This document shows, in pieces, positions 50,426 through 64,000 of a DNA stretch of 64,000 nt (within the stretch, counting starts at the first letter, position 1; every line of letters starts with the position of its first letter). The translations under genes and the position numbers were made by a program. Source of the DNA: Macrostomum lignano (taxonomy: Eukaryota); assembly GCA_002269645.1 (NCBI GenBank), contig NIVC01001157.1, positions 124,001 through 188,000 on the forward strand. Direction: 5' to 3'. Under the pieces are notes generated by a model that saw only the letters and a list, made by a program, of their open reading frames with translations, was not told the DNA's origin and did no database searches.

Positions 50426-52115
50426 TTCGTTAAAGAGGAAGTAAATACTTGAAAATAACTAATGAAAAGATAGAAAGATGACAAAGAGATGAGAAAGATG
50501 GAAAGAAAAAGGATGTAAAGAACTGTATAGGCCTAGTAGACAGAATAATAGTAGGTAGGCCTAGAACAATTAACAATTATCAGCTAGTAGGCCTATGTGA
50601 CACTTAGACTGAGATCCACTAACTCTAGGATGTCAATGCCCAATGGCAGATAAAAGGCTTATATTATAATAATATTAATAGTGATTCTATTATGAAGGTG
50701 TAGCCGGTCTACAACGCACGTGAGCTAGTAAATCTACGCCCTATGGCCCTACGGCCTACAGCTCTGATAAATGGTAGGCTAATACTAACAGATCACAGAG
50801 ATTAAGAACAATATTCAGTCGTGATATAGAAAATTAAACTGAGAGTTGATAATATAGCCAGGGTGTAAGTTTTTATTTGATGATAATTTCAGTAAATAAA
50901 ATCAATTCGAAGAGGACGACTAAGCGAGCGAGCGAGCTGAGATCGATCGACGGATCGTACAGAAGCGAACGCACATGAAACAAGTTTGAAAAATACAGTG
51001 CATAAGAACAAATTGACTAGCATACCGTTCATAATTTCTTGGCCAGTTTGCCCTTTGAGATTTATCTTACTATTTCAGTTTGAGAAACATTATTTTATTA
51101 AACAGTAACAAGAAAGAACAAATTGCTTATTTTAGCTGAACTTTGCTAGACAGTAATTTTTTAATACTGAAATGTTGCCATTAAAATTTTGCATGTTAAA
51201 ACGTAAATGTGTGACTTTCCACAAAGACGAATTTTCTGATTCTGTCTTTTGGAAGCAATAGCTTGTGGTTTTTTGTAATTCAGATAGTTCCTAGCTTGCA
51301 TAGTGACAGTCGTTAAAAACTGCGGTTAAAAAAACGGCACAAATTTAAACTTATTTGATTGATTTGGCATCGTTGTTAATATGTGCAAATCTTACATTTA
51401 ACTACTAGATAAGACATACGATTTACAGATCCAGATAAATGTACAGATCGACACGGGTATGAGAAAACAAAAGTTAAATAATATCTTGATAAGTGTTTAC
51501 TGTTGTCTGATGATTAAGTAGTAATACTAGTAATACTGGTAATACTAAATTTATAACTACAGTGACGGAATTTTTGTAGGTCAGGTTAATTAAGCTTATT
51601 TGAATTTTCAGGACTATCTTTAACCCTATGTGCATATGTATACATGTTTCCTACTACAAAACATGTATACATAGGATGTAAGTTATAATCAGGTCTTTCG
51701 GGACAATAGTCATTGAAGTTGAAACAAGAAAATTTTTATGGATACCTCGTTTTCCTGTCTTTGAAATTCATATTCCACTATAGTTATGCTATAAACAACA
51801 TAGATTTACTATAATATAATAAATAATTATAATAACATGTCATGGGCACCATACTATCCTTTTGTCATGAGTATATTAAAGTATACAATAGACTAGTAAT
51901 TAATTAAGTATTTAACAAATTGATAACCTAATAACAGGAATTTTTATGTACATTCAATTTTATTTCTAGTTTTTTTTATAATCGATTTAAAAATAAAAAT
52001 AGGTTCGCTAAATGTTTTTATTTTTATTTAAATTTTGAAATTTCCTCTTCAGATTACTTTTTTGAGCTTCTACAATCTAAAACTAATAGAGCTGTTTTCA
52101 GTGCTTGGATTTTAA

Positions 52116-60605
<8,490 letters not shown>

Positions 60606-60697
60606 GCCCGCTTTTTGGTTGGCGGATTGATGATTGAAAATAGCCGAGTGCGACAGCTGATCGATAAATCCTCCTTTTTGAGACATTGAGACATCTT

Positions 60698-60789
60698 TGT
60701 CTGCCTGCCTGCCTGCCTGTCTGTCTGTCTGTCTGCCTGCCTGCCTGTCTGTCTGTCTGTCTGTCTGCCTGCCTGCCTGCCTGCCTGCC

Positions 60790-60846
<57 letters not shown>

Positions 60847-60913
60847 GCCTGCCTGCTTGCCTGTCTGTCTGTCTGTCTGTCTGTCTGTCTGCCTGCCTGC
60901 CTGCCTGCCTGCC

Positions 60914-60959
<46 letters not shown>

Positions 60960-61061
60960 CCTGCCTGCCTGCCTGTCTGTCTGCCTGCCTGCCTGCCTGT
61001 CTGTCTGCCTGCCTGCCTGTCTGTCTGCCTGCCTGCCTGCCTGTCTGTCTGCCTGCCTGCC

Positions 61062-61106
<45 letters not shown>

Positions 61107-61161
61107 GCCTGCCTGCCTGCCTGCCTGTCTGTCTGTCTGCCTGCCTGCCTGCCTGCCTGCC

Positions 61162-61202
<41 letters not shown>

Positions 61203-61361
61203 GCCTGCCTGCCTGCCTGTCTGTCTGTCTGTCTGCCTGCCTGCCTGCCTGCCTGTCTGTCTGCCTGCCTGCCTGTCTGTCTGTCTGTCTGTCTGTCTGC
61301 CTGCCTGCCTGCCTGCCTGTCTGTCTGTCTGTCTGTCTGTCTGCCTGCCTGCCTGCCTGCC

Positions 61362-61405
<44 letters not shown>

Positions 61406-61450
61406 AGTCAGTCAGTCAGTCAGTCAGCCAGTCTGTCACTGTCTGTCTGT
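60698..61450 (+). repeat. (CTGT/CTGC)n microsatellite about 90 bp after the TMEM184 stop
   Basis: Direct reading. Confidence 0.96.
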
Positions 61451-62054
61451 CCAACAATAATAATAGGCCGTGAATAATAATTAGTATTTGTGCTTGGATG
61501 AAATTTCCAACCCCGAACTTCCATCTGCATCGACATTACCGGTACAGCTGTTACTGCAAATGACACAGGTAGAAATGTATGGCACATTATGCAGTGTGGC
61601 TGCTGCAATATCATTATCTGTACTGATCACGTTTATTACATATCAGAGTATTTTTGTTTCATTTAATATAGTTGTAAACTTAATATCTCTTAGGTTTGTA
61701 TTACATTACATTTACGATTTGCACCGTTTATGCGAACTACTTAGGTTAAGTAAAAGTACATTTGTCAGTCTATCTAGTCTGTTTATGACTCGTTCCCGAG
61801 TTTTAAAAGAGAACAATGTTAAACAACCTTCTTTAATTTTAAGAAGATTTTAAGCTTAATTTTTTAAACTCAATTCTATTTCGTTATTGGTGCAAGGCAA
61901 AAAATTATTGCTTAATTGTTGTGGCCAGTTTTGGTGTAACAAAATATTAATATGCGGCTAATTGATTTGTCTTAACAAGTGTTAATTAAAGTCGTGCAAT
62001 CATTACACCCAACTGACAGGTCTTAATATGGTGTTGTCTTGATTTTTTGTGCGG

Positions 62055-63320
62055 GGAATTGTTTACTGCTGGATGTGAGGGGGAATTGTTTACTGCTGAG
62101 TGTGGGGTGGGGGAATTGTTTACTGCTGAGTGTGGGGTGGGGGAATTGTTTACTGCTGAATGTGAGGGGGAATTGTTTACTGCTGAGTGTGAGGGGGATT
62201 GTTTACTGCTGAGTGTGAGGGGGAATTGTTTACTGCTGAATGTGAGGGGGAATTGTTTACTGCTGAGTGTGAGGGGGAATTGTTTACTGCTGAGTGTGGG
62301 GTGGGGGAATTGTTTACTGCTGAATGTGAGGGGGAATTGTTTACTGCTGAGAGTGAGGGGGAATTGTTTACTGCTGAGTGTGAGGGGAATTGTTTACTGC
62401 TGAGTGTGAGGGGGAATTGTTTACTGCTGAGTGTGAGGGGGATTGTTTACTGCTGAGTGTGAGGGGGAATTGTTTACTGCTGAGAGTGAGGGGGAATTGT
62501 TTACTGCTGAGTGTGGGGTGGGGGAATTGTTTACTGCTGAGTGTGGGGTGGGGGAACTGTTTACTGCTGAGTGTGGGGTGGGGGAATTGTTTACTGCTGA
62601 GTGTGGGGTGGGGGAATTGTTTACTGCTGAGTGTGGGGTGGGGGAATTGTTTACTGCTGAGTGTGAGTGGGAATTGTTTACTGCTGAGTGTGAGGGGAAT
62701 TGTTTACTGCTGAGTGTGAGGGGGATTGTTTACTGCTGAGTGTGAGGGGGATTGTTTACTGCTGAGTGTGAGGGGGATTGTTTACTGCTGAATGTGAGGG
62801 GGAATTGTTTACTGCTGAGTGTGGGGTGGGGGAATTGTTTACTGCTGAGTGTGGGGTGGGGGAATTGTTTACTGCTGAGTGTGAGTGGGAATTGTTTACT
62901 GCTGAGTGTGAGGGGAATTGTTTACTGCTGAGTGTGAGGGGGATTGTTTACTGCTGAGTGTGGGGGGAATTGTTTACTGCTGAGAGTGAGGGGGAACTGT
63001 TTACTGCTGAGTGTGAGGGGGAATTGTTTACTGCTGAGAGTGAGGGGGAATTGTTTACTGCTGAGAGTGAGGGGGAACTGTTTACTGCTGAGAGTGAGGG
63101 GGAACTGTTTACTGCTGAGTGTGGGGGGAATTGTTTACTGCTGAGAGTGAGGGGGAACTGTTTACTGCTGAGAGTGAGGGGGAACTGTTTACTGCTGAGT
63201 GTGGGGGGAATTGTTTACTGCTGAGAGTGAGGGGGAACTGTTTACTGCTGAGTGTGGGGGGGGGAATTGTTTACTGCTGAGTGTGAGGGGGAACTGTTTA
63301 CTGCTGAGTGTGAGGGGAAT
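62055..63320 (+). repeat. ~25-30-bp G-rich minisatellite (GGGAATTGTTTACTGCTGAGTGTGAGG)
   Basis: Direct tandem repetition. Confidence 0.95.
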
Positions 63321-63394
63321 TTTTTAATGCTTAATTATTCTGGCAGATGCTGGAGATGACGAAGCTCTGGATTCAGCAATCTGATTGGACCCGT

Positions 63395-63842
63395 GCTTGG
63401 CGATGGTTCCCAACCTTCCAGATCGGTGCCAAGCGGGCAGACTGGCGTGCCAGTCTGGCAAAAAAGGAACCGGGGGGGGGGCGGTGAGGCCCGCGGCCGT
63501 GATTTGAAAACCACGTCCCGCGGGCAAAACCGCACCCGGCAGAGTGCCCACGGCATAACGAACCGTAGGACCTCTTTAAACAAAACGACCGTGACTCACC
63601 GGAGAGAACAGGAGAAGAGAGAGACGATCGGAACGCGAAGGCGTGCCACGACACCCAGCCGGAACCGGCGTCGGTGGCGCGTGTGTACAAAGGCATCCGA
63701 AAGGCCTGCCCATCGTGCGGGCGCCTCCTGGCAGCCACCAACATGGCACGCCACCTACGCAGCTGCGAAGCGAAGTAAGGGTCTCCCGGTGAGCTACGCC
63801 GAAAGGCGATAAAAAGCTAGAAGAAGAAGAAGAAGAAGAAGA
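63395..63842 (+). mobile_element. 5'-truncated non-LTR retrotransposon (RTE-like LINE 3' end)
   Basis: 13-bp TSD TGATTGGACCCGT at 63382-63394 and 63843-63855; (GAA)7 tail at 63820-63840; remnant ORF with AKRADWRASL and the C-terminal zinc knuckle CPSCGRLLAATNMARHLRSC (63707-63778, stop included), in different frames. Confidence 0.8.
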
Positions 63843-64000
63843 TGATTGGACCCGTCAGTCTCAGCCAATGGCTAGCCTACAAACGCATTTTACCGTATAA
63901 GAACTGTACCTTCATACCTCGGGAACTTCCTAAACTTGCTGTATGTGTCAGACGAATGCAAAATCTTTTCTTAAATTTCTTTTGAGTTCCTGGAAATGCT

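Noticed and set aside
63393-63812. 139-aa Arg-rich ORF as a host gene
   Set aside because: Lies within the TSD-bounded LINE fragment; conserved motifs are in other frames.
63790-63820. GAGC...GAAA hairpin resembling group II intron domain V
   Set aside because: Lacks the DV bulge and stem geometry; explained by the LINE 3' UTR bounded by TSD and tail.

Overview
Eukaryotic (metazoan) genomic DNA, not prokaryotic: GC-rich spliced exons are separated by introns, most of the larger ones filled with a different mini- or microsatellite. This architecture is typical of the flatworm Macrostomum lignano (inference, not verified). I reconstructed by hand, from GT-AG boundaries and phase: the 3' half of POFUT1 (+); two tandem, related, uncharacterised tyrosine-motif adaptor-like ORFs (-); U2AF1 (+); a GlyT2-like SLC6 transporter (-); TMEM209 (-); and TMEM184B-like (+), head-to-head with TMEM209. 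Mobile DNA: an intact-ended mariner with an in-frame deletion of its catalytic core, a 5'-truncated RTE-like LINE with TSD and (GAA)n tail, and a MITE-like element. About 35 tandem arrays generate most long ORFs in the supplied track, and those ORFs are artefacts. Best leads: the lipid-anchored/PTB-like phosphotyrosine adaptor pair; recurrent one-base-short frameshifts hiding conserved C-termini (HDEL, WGP); related satellites at distant loci; and an intron made of splice-site-like tetramers.
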